From Escherichia phage vB_EcoM-Ro121c4YLVW: a stretch of DNA of 64,000 nt. Of this stretch, positions 25,658 through 35,613 are shown one piece after another; within the stretch, counting starts at the first letter, position 1, and every line of letters starts with the position of its first letter. The notes beneath the pieces were generated by a model. The model was not told the DNA's origin and made no database searches. It saw only the letters and a program-made list of their open reading frames with translations. Where the stretch lies: the sequence record NC_052654.1. One strand, 5' to 3'. A program made the position numbers and the translations under genes.

Positions 25658-26536
25658 ATGAAAGGTATTATTTTGGCTGGAGGAAGTGGAACCCGCCTTC
25701 ATCCGGTAACACGCAGCGTGAGCAAGCAATTGCTCCCTGTGTATGACAAACCCATGATCTACTACCCTTTATCGGTATTGATGTTGGCTGACATTAAGGA
25801 TATCTTAATCATCACCACACCAGGCGATCAGGAAGACTTTGAGTATCTTCTCGGAGATGGGTCTATGTTTGGGATAAAACTCACTTACGCAATCCAATCC
25901 GAGCCACGAGGTCTTGCGGACGCTTTCATCATCGGTAAAGATTTTATCGGAGAAGACTCTGTTGCTCTTATTTTAGGTGACAACCTATTCTTCGGACAAA
26001 GCTTTGGTAAACTACTGATTAACGCCAGTGAGATGGTAGATGTTTGGGGCGGAGCTTGTATCTTCGGGTATTTGGTGAAAGATCCTGAACGATTCGGTGT
26101 GGTTGAATTTGGGAGTAATCGTCAAGCTATTTCTATTGAAGAGAAACCTGAAAATCCTAAATCAGATTACGCTGTCACAGGTTTGTATTTCTATGATAAC
26201 TCTGTTGTTCAACGTGCATTAGAAGTAACCCCTTCCGCGCGTGGAGAACTGGAGATCACAGATATCAATCGCAGCTACCTCGAAGACAGGAAGTTACAAG
26301 TGGAAGTTCTCGGACGAGGATTTACTTGGCTTGACACAGGAACACACGCCAGTCTGATGGAAGCTGGTCAATTCGTGCAGACTATTGAGAACCGGCAAGG
26401 ATTGAAGATTGCGTGCCTGGAAGAAATTGCTTTCAAAAAAGGGTGGATTTCTTTAGAGACTTTGGTGTATCATGGAAACTCACTGAAGAAAACAGAATAC
26501 GGGCAATACCTACTCAAATTAGCGGAGAGAAAATGA
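25658..26536 (+). CDS. rmlA: glucose-1-phosphate thymidylyltransferase
   Basis: N-terminal [16 protein letters not shown] nucleotidyltransferase signature; 292 aa. Confidence 0.85.
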   Translation: MKGIILAGGSGTRLHPVTRSVSKQLLPVYDKPMIYYPLSVLMLADIKDILIITTPGDQEDFEYLLGDGSMFGIKLTYAIQSEPRGLADAFIIGKDFIGEDSVALILGDNLFFGQSFGKLLINASEMVDVWGGACIFGYLVKDPERFGVVEFGSNRQAISIEEKPENPKSDYAVTGLYFYDNSVVQRALEVTPSARGELEITDINRSYLEDRKLQVEVLGRGFTWLDTGTHASLMEAGQFVQTIENRQGLKIACLEEIAFKKGWISLETLVYHGNSLKKTEYGQYLLKLAERK

Positions 26537-27099
26537 AAGTAGAAAAAACAAAAATTGAAGGTGCGGTAATTATCAAACCAGACGTTTATAAAGATGATCG
26601 TGGTTTCTTTTTAGAAACATATAATGAACAAAAATACGAAGATATTATTGGTAGACAAACTTTCGTTCAAGATAACATGTCTAAATCAAACTTCGGTGTT
26701 TTGCGAGGAATGCACTTTCAAACAAATAATCCGCAAGGTAAGCTTGTTCGTTGTGTAAGTGGGGAAGTATTGGATTTCGCTGTAGACCTACGTAAAGATA
26801 GTCCTACTTACGGTGCTTGGGACGGTGTTGTTCTTCGTGCACGACACCATACACAGTTCTGGCTTCCACCTGGTTTGGCACATGGTTTTATAGTGTTGAG
26901 TATGGATGCTATCTTCGAATACAAATGCACAACTCCATACGACCCTTCCAGCGAACAAAGTTTACGTTGGGATGATCCTGATATAGGGATTGATTGGGGC
27001 TTCGATATGATTTTTGACGAAGATTTTAAACCTATCTTATCAACAAAAGATGCAATGGCTAAGTCTTTTCAACAGCTACGTAGCGAGGGTGTATGCTAA
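26533..27099 (+). CDS. rmlC: dTDP-4-dehydrorhamnose 3,5-epimerase
   Basis: Cupin-type RmlC (about 188 aa) beginning [14 protein letters not shown]; ATGA overlap with rmlA. Confidence 0.8.
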   Translation: MKVEKTKIEGAVIIKPDVYKDDRGFFLETYNEQKYEDIIGRQTFVQDNMSKSNFGVLRGMHFQTNNPQGKLVRCVSGEVLDFAVDLRKDSPTYGAWDGVVLRARHHTQFWLPPGLAHGFIVLSMDAIFEYKCTTPYDPSSEQSLRWDDPDIGIDWGFDMIFDEDFKPILSTKDAMAKSFQQLRSEGVC

Positions 27100-27935
27100 C
27101 ATATCTGGTATTGGGCGGTAATGGACAACTGGGACAAGCTTTACGTAAAGTGGCTCCTTCAAATGTATCTTTAATTTATCCTAAAGAACGTGTAGATATT
27201 ACAAATTTTGAAGCTGTGCGAAACGCTATTGTTGAAGATTATGTAGATGGTGTTATTAATTGCGCTGCTTATACGGCTGTAGATAAAGCAGAACATGATT
27301 TTGCTACTGCTTTGGCTGTTAATTCCTACGGCCCTGCAAACATTGCAGCAGTGTGCAGTAAACTTAAAATTGATTTTGTGCATATTTCTACAGACTATAT
27401 TTTTAATTACTCTCATCCTATTTTTGAAGATACTACACCTAACCCAATAAACAATTATGGGTATACGAAAGAACTTGGTGAAAAAATGGTGCGAGGAGTT
27501 AACCCAAATGCATATATTATTCGAACAGCCTCGGTATATAGCGAATTTGGAAATAACTTTCTAAAAACCATGTTGTCTCGCTATAATGATGGACAACGTG
27601 ATTTTATTATTGTTGCTGATCAGTTCTCTTGTCCAACATATGCTCCAGATTTAGCAGAAGCTATTTTTGAAGTATTAAAAACAGGTTGGTCAAGGTCTGT
27701 TAAGACTTACCATTTTGCAGGAAGCCATCTTATTTCTTGGGCGGAGTTTGCGGAAAAGATCTTGACACAGATGCCAGAACCTGTTAAGATATCGGCGGTA
27801 TCAGCTTCAACCTATAATGCTCCAGCAGCACGTCCGGTGAAGTCACAATTAGTAACCAGTCACTATCTTACAAAATCAGATTTAAATAAAGGTATTGAAC
27901 GGTCTTTAGCAGTATTACTTAATAAGGAGAGGTAA
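27093..27935 (+). CDS. rmlD: dTDP-4-dehydrorhamnose reductase
   Basis: Rossmann LVLGGNGQLG; completes the B-A-C-D operon. Confidence 0.75.
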   Translation: MLTYLVLGGNGQLGQALRKVAPSNVSLIYPKERVDITNFEAVRNAIVEDYVDGVINCAAYTAVDKAEHDFATALAVNSYGPANIAAVCSKLKIDFVHISTDYIFNYSHPIFEDTTPNPINNYGYTKELGEKMVRGVNPNAYIIRTASVYSEFGNNFLKTMLSRYNDGQRDFIIVADQFSCPTYAPDLAEAIFEVLKTGWSRSVKTYHFAGSHLISWAEFAEKILTQMPEPVKISAVSASTYNAPAARPVKSQLVTSHYLTKSDLNKGIERSLAVLLNKER

Positions 27936-28195
27936 TGGAATTTGTAATTTTTGGTAAACCTAACTGTCAATTTTGCGAAATGTCAAAACAACTATTAACC
28001 ATGCGCAATAAACAGTTTGAATATTTAAGTCTTGACCAAGACTACGATTTAGAATCAATGACTAAAACAGTTGTTGATCTTACCGGAGTTCCTCCACGCA
28101 CATTTCCACAAATTCTGTCTGAAGTGAACGGGGAGGTAACATACGTAGGCGGTTTTACCGAACTGCGTGATCTCATGGCTCAAATTGCGGAGTAA
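27935..28195 (+). CDS. glutaredoxin/NrdH-like thioredoxin-fold protein (CQFC)
   Basis: CxxC after beta-strand near N-terminus; 86 aa. Confidence 0.55.
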   Translation: MEFVIFGKPNCQFCEMSKQLLTMRNKQFEYLSLDQDYDLESMTKTVVDLTGVPPRTFPQILSEVNGEVTYVGGFTELRDLMAQIAE

Positions 28196-28199
28196 CACT

Positions 28200-28349
28200 T
28201 ATGAAAAGTAAACAGAAACGTAAGATCTTTTCTCGTGCTTTGGCAAATGAGCTGAAGTCCAACATAAAGAAAACGAAACCAAAACGTGAAACTTCTCCAG
28301 AACATCTGTTGTTTAATGAGTTGGATCACGGAGTAGGAGACGACGAATA
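28200..28349 (+). CDS. small basic hypothetical protein
   Basis: Short ORF filling gap. Confidence 0.25.
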
Positions 28350-28357
28350 GGAAGTAA

Positions 28358-28858
28358 ATGGCTAAAGTAGTAGATGAGTTTGATATGCTACGAGTCGATG
28401 AAGGACTGAAGCTTACTGTTTATCAAGACCATCTTGGTTATTGGACAGTCGGCATAGGACACCTTCTGACTAAAATAAAAGATAAAGCAAAGGCTATTCA
28501 AATCTTAGATAATCTCCTTGGTCGTAAGACCAATGGAGTTATCACAGAAAAAGAAGCCCGTCAAATCTTTGCTGACGATGTTGCAAAAGTGAAGAGAGAC
28601 ATAAAAAACAGTGCTATCTTATCACCAATCTATGATAAGGTGAGTGATACTCGTAAATTGGGAATAATCAACATGGTTTTCCAGTTGGGGTTAAAAGGTG
28701 CTGAAGGGTTTAAAAATAGCTTGACTTTAATCAGCAATGCATATTATACTCAAGCAGGTAAAAACATGCGTAAAAGCCGATGGTATAGCCAGACGCCAAA
28801 CCGTGCTGAACGAGTAATTAAAGTTCTGACTTCTGGAACTTTAGATGCTTACAACTAA
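28358..28858 (+). CDS. e: T4-type lysozyme (endolysin, gene e homolog)
   Basis: EMLRVDEGLKLTVYQD..GYWTVGIGHLLTK matches T4 lysozyme catalytic region (Glu, Asp, Thr). Confidence 0.9.
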   Translation: MAKVVDEFDMLRVDEGLKLTVYQDHLGYWTVGIGHLLTKIKDKAKAIQILDNLLGRKTNGVITEKEARQIFADDVAKVKRDIKNSAILSPIYDKVSDTRKLGIINMVFQLGLKGAEGFKNSLTLISNAYYTQAGKNMRKSRWYSQTPNRAERVIKVLTSGTLDAYN

Positions 28859-28860
28859 TA

Positions 28861-28880
28861 AAGGGGCTTCGGCCCCTTCT
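28861..28880 (+). terminator. hairpin AGGGGC-TTCG-GCCCCT
   Basis: Direct reading. Confidence 0.45.
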
Positions 28881-28895
28881 AAAAGGAGTGCTACT

Positions 28896-29654
28896 ATGGG
28901 AAATAAAACCGCAGCTAAAACACAACGGCAGAAACTGGCTAATTCAGCAAAGATTGAAAGCCGTTATGCAGCAAAAGCGGTAGGTAATGACGATTACCGT
29001 TTAGATGAATTTATGCCTGAAGGGGACCAAAATAAGATTGTTCAAAGCATGATTTGGAATGATCTGACTGTTGTAAATGCTCCGGCAGGGACTGGTAAAA
29101 CCTCTGTTGCTTTATGGAAAGCTTTGCAGATGCTTCGTTCAGGAGACTTCCGTAAACTACTTTTTATCAAGAACCCTACTGAAGTCGGAGATGACCAGAT
29201 TGGTTTCTTGTCTGGGGATAAAACAGATAAACTAGCAGCACACTATGAATCTACAAAACGTATTTTCCAGCAATTCATGACAGCCAACAAATTGGAAAAC
29301 GATATTGGATCAGGTAAGATCGAATTGAATATTCCTAACTATTTGTTGGGGGCTACCCTGGATAATACAATCGTCATTATTGACGAAGCACAACTCATGT
29401 CAACAGAAACACTTAAACTTCTTATTGAACGTGCAGGTATTAATACGCATGTTATTGTATTAGGCGATGTTCGCCAGACATATGCAATTAAAAAACGTAG
29501 CAATGGTCTGCATCAAATTTTGGAACTTTTATATCCAGAAAATGAAGAAGGTGTTCGTGAGCCAATTGTAGATTTTATTGGATACGTTGAACTGACAACG
29601 GACGATAATAAACGTGGACGTTTGTCTAAACTGATTACTGAAGTGTTTATTTAA
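28896..29654 (+). CDS. phoH: PhoH-like ATPase
   Basis: Walker A NAPAGTGKTS; start moved to Met after AAAAGGAG. Confidence 0.75.
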   Translation: MGNKTAAKTQRQKLANSAKIESRYAAKAVGNDDYRLDEFMPEGDQNKIVQSMIWNDLTVVNAPAGTGKTSVALWKALQMLRSGDFRKLLFIKNPTEVGDDQIGFLSGDKTDKLAAHYESTKRIFQQFMTANKLENDIGSGKIELNIPNYLLGATLDNTIVIIDEAQLMSTETLKLLIERAGINTHVIVLGDVRQTYAIKKRSNGLHQILELLYPENEEGVREPIVDFIGYVELTTDDNKRGRLSKLITEVFI

Positions 29655-29686
29655 TAATGTGGCAGGGAAGCCATTTATAAGGAGGA

Positions 29687-30190
29687 TTGATGGGTGTAGC
29701 AACAATAGCTATCGGAAGAAGCGGTATAGATGAGTGCTATCAAACGGGACTCGTAAAACCTAACGAATTTCGTCAAATTTGTGTAAACCATATTGAAAAA
29801 GAGATTGCTCTTACTTTAGAGAATATGACCCTCCGAGATAAACTGGAAATGTTTAAATGTTGGTGTCTAGGAGAAGATTGGCTTTTAAACCATTTTCAAG
29901 AACTTTCTGATAGTAAAGAAAGCTTGTTTGATTGTATAATAGGAATAGCTGGCTCCGATCCTAGCCTTCTGCACATAACAGAAGAAGAGGCGAAGTTACT
30001 GTTCTTAAGTAATTTGTTTAATAAGAAAGCACTGCTTGTTCGTGATTGTAGTGATCTTCTTAATAACCCGCTCGCAACGTCTGATCAAATTTTTGTTGAC
30101 AAAGAGACACTACGTGCGATAGAATACATCTGCAAATATGTGAATGGCGGGAAAGCGGTTCTTAAAACATTAACAGAGGAGGAAGAATAG
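29687..30190 (+). CDS. hypothetical protein
   Basis: ORF track. Confidence 0.45.
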   Translation: MMGVATIAIGRSGIDECYQTGLVKPNEFRQICVNHIEKEIALTLENMTLRDKLEMFKCWCLGEDWLLNHFQELSDSKESLFDCIIGIAGSDPSLLHITEEEAKLLFLSNLFNKKALLVRDCSDLLNNPLATSDQIFVDKETLRAIEYICKYVNGGKAVLKTLTEEEE

Positions 30191-30882
30191 TGACGACAAT
30201 TATTGCAACCAAAAATAAGATTTTGAGTGACGGTAAGGTAACTTTTGGTGGACGTGTAGATTCTATTAATTTCAAAAAGGTCCGAAAAATTGGAGATTAC
30301 CTTGTAGGTGGTGCTGGTCGTCTGACCTCCGTGCTTTCTTTCTTTCAATGGTTTGAACAAAATCTACAGTGCGAAGCAGCACGTGATGCTGTCCCTGGTT
30401 TGATGATTCACTCTGATCCAGATAAAGAAGATGAAGAGTTTATTGCACTTGTTGTTCATCCAGACGGACGTATTTTCCTGCACGAAGGTAATAACCCAAC
30501 ACGTGCATATCCGATTGATGAAGAATATTATGCGGTAGGAAGCGGGTCAGACTTTGCTTTAGCTGCTCTTGATGCAGGGGCAACACCAGAACAGGCTATG
30601 GAAGTAGCTAAAAAGCGAGATGCTTTTTCTGGTGGTGAAACATTTATTGAAGAACAAGACGAGATTATTGAATTAACAGATGATGATTTAGAAAACTTCT
30701 CCAAAGAAGAATTGATCAATCTTTTGAAATTCGGTAATCCCTACGGTGAAGAAGAACCTCGTAACGTGGCAGGTAACGAGGCGGATACTGAAGAAAAATC
30801 TGTTGCAGAAAACAACTTGACTTCTAAATCTGAAAATATTAATCTCGTAAATGTGGCGGATTTCGAAGGAACCGCTATTTAA
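30190..30882 (+). CDS. HslV-like Ntn-hydrolase peptidase
   Basis: N-terminal MTTIIAT (Thr nucleophile after Met), GG and AVGSGSDFALAA blocks; acidic C-terminal extension. Confidence 0.5.
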   Translation: MTTIIATKNKILSDGKVTFGGRVDSINFKKVRKIGDYLVGGAGRLTSVLSFFQWFEQNLQCEAARDAVPGLMIHSDPDKEDEEFIALVVHPDGRIFLHEGNNPTRAYPIDEEYYAVGSGSDFALAALDAGATPEQAMEVAKKRDAFSGGETFIEEQDEIIELTDDDLENFSKEELINLLKFGNPYGEEEPRNVAGNEADTEEKSVAENNLTSKSENINLVNVADFEGTAI

Positions 30883-30887
30883 CAAAC

Positions 30888-30908
30888 TGCCCCTTCGGGG
30901 GCATTTCT
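30888..30908 (+). terminator. intrinsic terminator GCCCC-TTCG-GGGGC + TTTCTT
   Basis: Direct reading. Confidence 0.5.
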
Positions 30909-30927
30909 TAAACATAGGAGATTAATA

Positions 30928-31362
30928 ATGTTACAAGTTCCTGCTAAGTTTGTTGAAGGCGCTATCCACTCTTACCGTCAAACATGTAAGAGGGCAAGAA
31001 ACTGTTTAGATGGTCTGGTGGCAAAAACCTATACTGTTGAAAAGAAGAAACGTTGGTTTGGCAAAGATGTTTACGAAGTTAATATTTTTGGTGAACATAA
31101 ACTAAACCACGATACTCCTGAAAACATGTTAGAAATATTTCTAAGAGATGACAAAATATCTCCTATGGATTACCAACTTTTAAAATTTTATGATTCTTCT
31201 TTGGCTATTGATAAGTTTGTTGAAGATATTCTGTCTAGAAAAACAGATAAAAACACTTATCCTCTAGAGGCTGATCAAATAGGATTATTAAACGAGATTT
31301 CATCCTTTAAAGAGTTGGATAATATTACAAAAGAGGAGATTTTAGATGGCATTAGATTATGA
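30928..31362 (+). CDS. hypothetical protein
   Basis: ORF track. Confidence 0.45.
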   Translation: MLQVPAKFVEGAIHSYRQTCKRARNCLDGLVAKTYTVEKKKRWFGKDVYEVNIFGEHKLNHDTPENMLEIFLRDDKISPMDYQLLKFYDSSLAIDKFVEDILSRKTDKNTYPLEADQIGLLNEISSFKELDNITKEEILDGIRL

Positions 31363-31855
31363 TCGCCCAACGAGCGATTATTATCCGACACCGCAAAAAG
31401 CAATCAATAGTTTGTTTAGTGTTATAGATTTCAAAAATCTAAAGGAAGAAGGTTGGGTTTTTGCAGAACCTTGCAGAGGTGAAGCTGAAGCGATTTATCG
31501 CCATTTTCCTGAAGGTTCAGAATATTGCGAACTTGAAGAAGGTAAAGATTATTTTAGTCATGAATGGGAAAATCGTCCCGACATTATAATCACAAATCCT
31601 CCATTTAAGTTAGCAATGGAGTTCTTGGAAAAGAGCTTAAAAGAGGCGGATGTTTGTATTTATCTTCTTCGGTTGGGCTTCTTGGAGTCAAAGAAACGAC
31701 GAGAGTTCCATCAAAAGAATCCACCAACAAACCTTATAGTCCTTTCAGAACGGCCTTCGTTTGTTGCAGGTGGAACAGATAAGACAGCATACGCTTGGTA
31801 TGTATACGACCCAAAGAATCGTTTGGGCCTCTCTCAACCATTTTATTTTGTTTAA
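31346..31855 (+). CDS. phage Dam-type N6-adenine DNA methyltransferase (small, NPPF motif)
   Basis: IIITNPPF catalytic motif in about 170-aa protein. Confidence 0.5.
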   Translation: MALDYDRPTSDYYPTPQKAINSLFSVIDFKNLKEEGWVFAEPCRGEAEAIYRHFPEGSEYCELEEGKDYFSHEWENRPDIIITNPPFKLAMEFLEKSLKEADVCIYLLRLGFLESKKRREFHQKNPPTNLIVLSERPSFVAGGTDKTAYAWYVYDPKNRLGLSQPFYFV

Positions 31856-31867
31856 GGAGTGTGAACT

Positions 31868-32104
31868 ATGGGTAAACTAATTATGACAGTGGCTATTGAT
31901 TTTGATGAAGTAGATGAAAGCCTCAACCTTTCACTTTCTACTGACGTAGATGGCGAAATGGATAATATTGAAGCAGCTACTGCTCTTTTCTTCAAAAAAG
32001 CCATTGAAGTTTATGCCGAACATGCTGCAAATCAGGCAGTAGATTACGGTGGTATCGTGCGAGCTTTAGTTCACTCTACCGAGGGCAATGACTGGGAAGA
32101 TTAA
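31868..32104 (+). CDS. hypothetical acidic protein
   Basis: ORF track. Confidence 0.4.
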   Translation: MGKLIMTVAIDFDEVDESLNLSLSTDVDGEMDNIEAATALFFKKAIEVYAEHAANQAVDYGGIVRALVHSTEGNDWED

Positions 32105-32307
32105 TGGCTTACAATTATTACTGCATTTATGCACATGAAAAGAAAAAAGGTGACACTGGGACTAACGTTTATGCAGAGTCCGAATCTCATGCAAAAGAGA
32201 TTGGTGCTATCCTTTTATCACGCTGGACTGGAAATAATTACAGTGCAGAAGATATGTTTGCAGAAGTGGATTCTAGTATCCAAGAAGACAACATAACAAC
32301 TACGTGA
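32104..32307 (+). CDS. hypothetical protein
   Basis: ORF track. Confidence 0.4.
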   Translation: MAYNYYCIYAHEKKKGDTGTNVYAESESHAKEIGAILLSRWTGNNYSAEDMFAEVDSSIQEDNITTT

Positions 32308-32352
32308 TATACTTATACTCCCTTTTCGGAGGGAGTATTTTAAGGAGGGATT

Positions 32353-32547
32353 ATGCAGAGCGGAGAAGAACTTTTAGAGAAACAATTCTCAACGCGTCAA
32401 CAAGCTTTAAGTTATATGGTTTTTCTAAGCAATCTTGATGTGAATGAGATACTTTTACGGCGCGAAGGTAATTTCTGGAGCGTTAAATATCATGCAACAA
32501 GGTCTGTAATCTACCTGGAAGAGGCGGAATTCTCTTTGGTAGAATGA
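32353..32547 (+). CDS. hypothetical protein
   Basis: ORF track; SD AAGGAGGG. Confidence 0.45.
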   Translation: MQSGEELLEKQFSTRQQALSYMVFLSNLDVNEILLRREGNFWSVKYHATRSVIYLEEAEFSLVE

Positions 32548-33134
32548 TCCGAGGAGTAGTTATGCGTTCAACTTTCACTGGCAAAATAAATGCTGGTTTG
32601 ATTTTTACAGCAGTAAGCATTCTTAGCAAAAAGTTTAAAGTTGTTAACTTACCTGTGTGTGTCGATTTCGATCATGTTTTTGATCCTTCGAACCCCACTC
32701 GTTGCATAGTAAGGAGTAATGTTGAAAACCCAACAGAAAATCTTTTTTATGTAACAAAACCATCTCAAAGCATACTTAACCAGGTTGAGGCGAAATTGAT
32801 ACCTAACGGTAAATATTACTCCTTTTTACCTTGTAAGTCGGTTGAAGTAGAGAATAGCAATACTTTCGCTAATAACTTGTCTGTATTCGTTTTCTTTGTT
32901 TCACAGGAAGACGAAACAGATGAAATGGTAGCAACAGTGAGATCACTTTATGACTCTTTAGGGGTTGTTTATAGTCAACAGGTGTGCGAAAATAATAAAT
33001 CCTGTGTAGATTTCATTATCAACGGTATTTGTGTTTGTAGAGTAGAATCTTTTTGGCTGCACGATACATATGTGACTGTAGCAGAGGTTATATCTGAACC
33101 AAGATTTAGTCATGCGGTTTCGTTAATAATTTGA
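32544..33134 (+). CDS. hypothetical protein
   Basis: ORF track. Confidence 0.45.
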   Translation: MIRGVVMRSTFTGKINAGLIFTAVSILSKKFKVVNLPVCVDFDHVFDPSNPTRCIVRSNVENPTENLFYVTKPSQSILNQVEAKLIPNGKYYSFLPCKSVEVENSNTFANNLSVFVFFVSQEDETDEMVATVRSLYDSLGVVYSQQVCENNKSCVDFIINGICVCRVESFWLHDTYVTVAEVISEPRFSHAVSLII

Positions 33135-33144
33135 GGAGGAAGGA

Positions 33145-33474
33145 ATGGAAATTACTACAGAACAAGCCCTTATCGACGAGGGTCGTAAAATCTTAGAAAA
33201 GTATTTAGGGGAGATTCATAAAACCCCTGGCTATTTGGGTTGGAGAATTGTTGAAGCTGTAGATTTCCTTCCTCGTAACAGTAAAAGCGTCGAAATGCGA
33301 TCTCTTTTCTTATTAGTAAAGGTGGACGGGGATACACCTTTTAAAGATGCCGCAGAACATATTGAAAAAGTTGAAGAGAAAGCTTATGCAGAATTTGCCG
33401 ATCTTGTTTTAGAACAAGAGATTGAAGGAAAGGTGAATATTTTTATTTTCTTAGATTTTGAGGAGGATAAGTGA
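33145..33474 (+). CDS. hypothetical protein
   Basis: ORF track. Confidence 0.45.
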   Translation: MEITTEQALIDEGRKILEKYLGEIHKTPGYLGWRIVEAVDFLPRNSKSVEMRSLFLLVKVDGDTPFKDAAEHIEKVEEKAYAEFADLVLEQEIEGKVNIFIFLDFEEDK

Positions 33475-34214
33475 TCATACACAGAGAAATTACTGTTAAA
33501 AGCGATCAAGATCTTTTTATAATTGGAGATCTACACGGTTGTTATAATTTGTATGAAAAAGGAAAGGCAAAGTTAGGTATCCGAGATACAGATGTGGTTG
33601 TATCTCTAGGAGATCTTACTGACCGTGGAAAGCAAAACTTTCGTTGTGTTTTAGAATTTACTCGTAAACACAATCGCTACGCTATTCGTGGCAATCATGA
33701 AGACATGATGATTAAAGGTATGCTGGAAGGAGATCGTAGCTACTACGAGTGTTGGTATCAAAATGGAGGATATACGGTCTTTGAAGAATGTGGTGAAGAA
33801 GGAGCTACAGCCTTAGCAATGATGACAGAAGATTTACCTGTTGTTCTCATTGTTAACTACAGAGGCATGAAACTTGCGTTTATTCATGGTGGGTATCCAT
33901 CTTCTTTGGAATATCTCCCTGTAACAGATATTCCAGAATACATTTCGAAGATGACAAAAACACAGGAAAACCGTTTTGCTGAAGCACTTATGTGGGACAG
34001 AGATATGGTAGACTGTGCTAAAGAGGGAATGAAACTTCCTGTTGTGATGGGTGTGGATTATGTGTTTCATGGACACTCTTATGTAAAAACACCTATTATC
34101 AATGCGAATCGTGTTTATATGGATACTGGATCTGTGTTCAATAATAACTTAACATTTGCTTATTTCGATATGGACGGTGGTCTTCAATTTTATTCAACTC
34201 TTGAGGAGGATTAA
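33471..34214 (+). CDS. PPP-family Ser/Thr protein phosphatase (lambda-phosphatase-like)
   Basis: GDLHG, GDLTDRG, GNHE metallophosphatase motifs. Confidence 0.7.
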   Translation: MIIHREITVKSDQDLFIIGDLHGCYNLYEKGKAKLGIRDTDVVVSLGDLTDRGKQNFRCVLEFTRKHNRYAIRGNHEDMMIKGMLEGDRSYYECWYQNGGYTVFEECGEEGATALAMMTEDLPVVLIVNYRGMKLAFIHGGYPSSLEYLPVTDIPEYISKMTKTQENRFAEALMWDRDMVDCAKEGMKLPVVMGVDYVFHGHSYVKTPIINANRVYMDTGSVFNNNLTFAYFDMDGGLQFYSTLEED

Positions 34215-34522
34215 TGTATAAGATTACAATTATTCAAAGTGTAGGTAATATCCGTAAAGAAGTTATCTTAGAAACAGAAGATGTTAATCTTGTTCGTGAG
34301 ATTGTTCTTAAGGAAGATAACCTGCAAGCTGTAGAATCAGATGCACCGAATCTTATGGTGGATCAAGAATATTCTGAACTTCGTCGTATTTTTGAAGAGA
34401 TTCAGAAGAAAGAAACACAACCTACCATAAAACCTTTTGGCCCTTATGATCCGAGCAATCCTAGCAGTCCTTGGATCATGAGAAATACGGAACCCTATAC
34501 ACCTTTTGAAATTACTTGTTGA
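34214..34522 (+). CDS. hypothetical protein
   Basis: ORF track. Confidence 0.4.
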   Translation: MYKITIIQSVGNIRKEVILETEDVNLVREIVLKEDNLQAVESDAPNLMVDQEYSELRRIFEEIQKKETQPTIKPFGPYDPSNPSSPWIMRNTEPYTPFEITC

Positions 34523-34529
34523 GGTGATT

Positions 34530-35111
34530 ATGGCAGAACTGTTCTATACGGGAGTTGGAAGTAGAGACATATCCGAAGAAGAGTGGGCTTTGATGGTAGG
34601 CATAGGGAAATGGCTTTCAAACCTTGGGTTTAAATTAAGGTCTGGGAAGGCAGAGGGTAGTGATTCTGCTTTTGAAACAGGTGTCCAAGAGTCTGAAAAT
34701 CCTACTAACAAGGAGATTTATGTTCCTTGGGAAAATTTCAAAGGTAATCAGATTCCAGGGGATGTTATTGTTCTTGCAAAACCAGATACAATGAACTATG
34801 CTATCTCTGTGCAATGGATCAAAGATGTTCACCCAGCCTATGAAAAGCTTAAGCAGGGTGCTAGAAAATTGCACCAACGTAATGTGCATCAAGTGTTAGG
34901 TAGAGATTTGGAGAATCCTGCTCCATCATGTTTCTTGTTGGCTTGTGCTAATACTGATAAACATGGAGATGCAAAAGGTGGAACAGCTACGGCTTGGAAG
35001 ATAGCTAAAGCCAATAATGTTCCTTGTTTAAACATTCGTGGGAAAACAAAACAAGAGATTTACGATTTTCTACGACCTTTGGTAATGAGGGCAATAACAA
35101 GTGATTCCTAA
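34530..35111 (+). CDS. Rossmann-like SLOG/DprA-like nucleotide-binding protein (tentative)
   Basis: GVGSR...SGKAEGSD glycine-rich pattern; start moved to Met after GAGGTG. Confidence 0.3.
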   Translation: MAELFYTGVGSRDISEEEWALMVGIGKWLSNLGFKLRSGKAEGSDSAFETGVQESENPTNKEIYVPWENFKGNQIPGDVIVLAKPDTMNYAISVQWIKDVHPAYEKLKQGARKLHQRNVHQVLGRDLENPAPSCFLLACANTDKHGDAKGGTATAWKIAKANNVPCLNIRGKTKQEIYDFLRPLVMRAITSDS

Positions 35112-35613
35112 ACGTAAACGTGGTGAACAAAGAACAAACTTGGCAGAAATCTTAGATTACAACATGGTTAATGATGTGACAAAAGAAATTCTGCCTGTTG
35201 TAGAAGATATTCTTCAAAGAGGGTTACGATTCTGCTCGGATCGGGTGCATTTCATGTGGACACATAAAAGTGACTCCGCTTTGAATTTCTATCCTTTGGA
35301 TTATACTCTGAACAATACAGAGATGAAAGATATCAACAAATACTTAATGGGATATAAAGATATAACCGAAACCGTTCTTGGAGAATTGGCAGAAATCTTG
35401 GCTAACGATATCCTTAGAAATATTAATAAGGCTCTTGACAGAAGCCCAGCAGGAGTAGTAGTATCTTTTGCTGTGCCAGATATGGTTAAATATGAGTCTA
35501 CAATACCTAATAAAGCTTATGCCTTTCTTCGGAGAGACGTTCGTGGAAATGTGTTGGAGATGGAGTCAAACTACAAGATTGAGGAGGTTTTATGGCAGAG
35601 TTCGGATCAGTAA
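35101..35613 (+). CDS. hypothetical protein (GTG start)
   Basis: ORF track. Confidence 0.4.
   Translation: MIPKRKRGEQRTNLAEILDYNMVNDVTKEILPVVEDILQRGLRFCSDRVHFMWTHKSDSALNFYPLDYTLNNTEMKDINKYLMGYKDITETVLGELAEILANDILRNINKALDRSPAGVVVSFAVPDMVKYESTIPNKAYAFLRRDVRGNVLEMESNYKIEEVLWQSSDQ

Noticed and set aside
26413-26532. Extended N-terminus of rmlC given by the ORF track (start 26413)
   Set aside because: The first 40 codons overlap the 3' end of rmlA in another frame; canonical RmlC begins at [10 protein letters not shown] (26533) with ATGA coupling.
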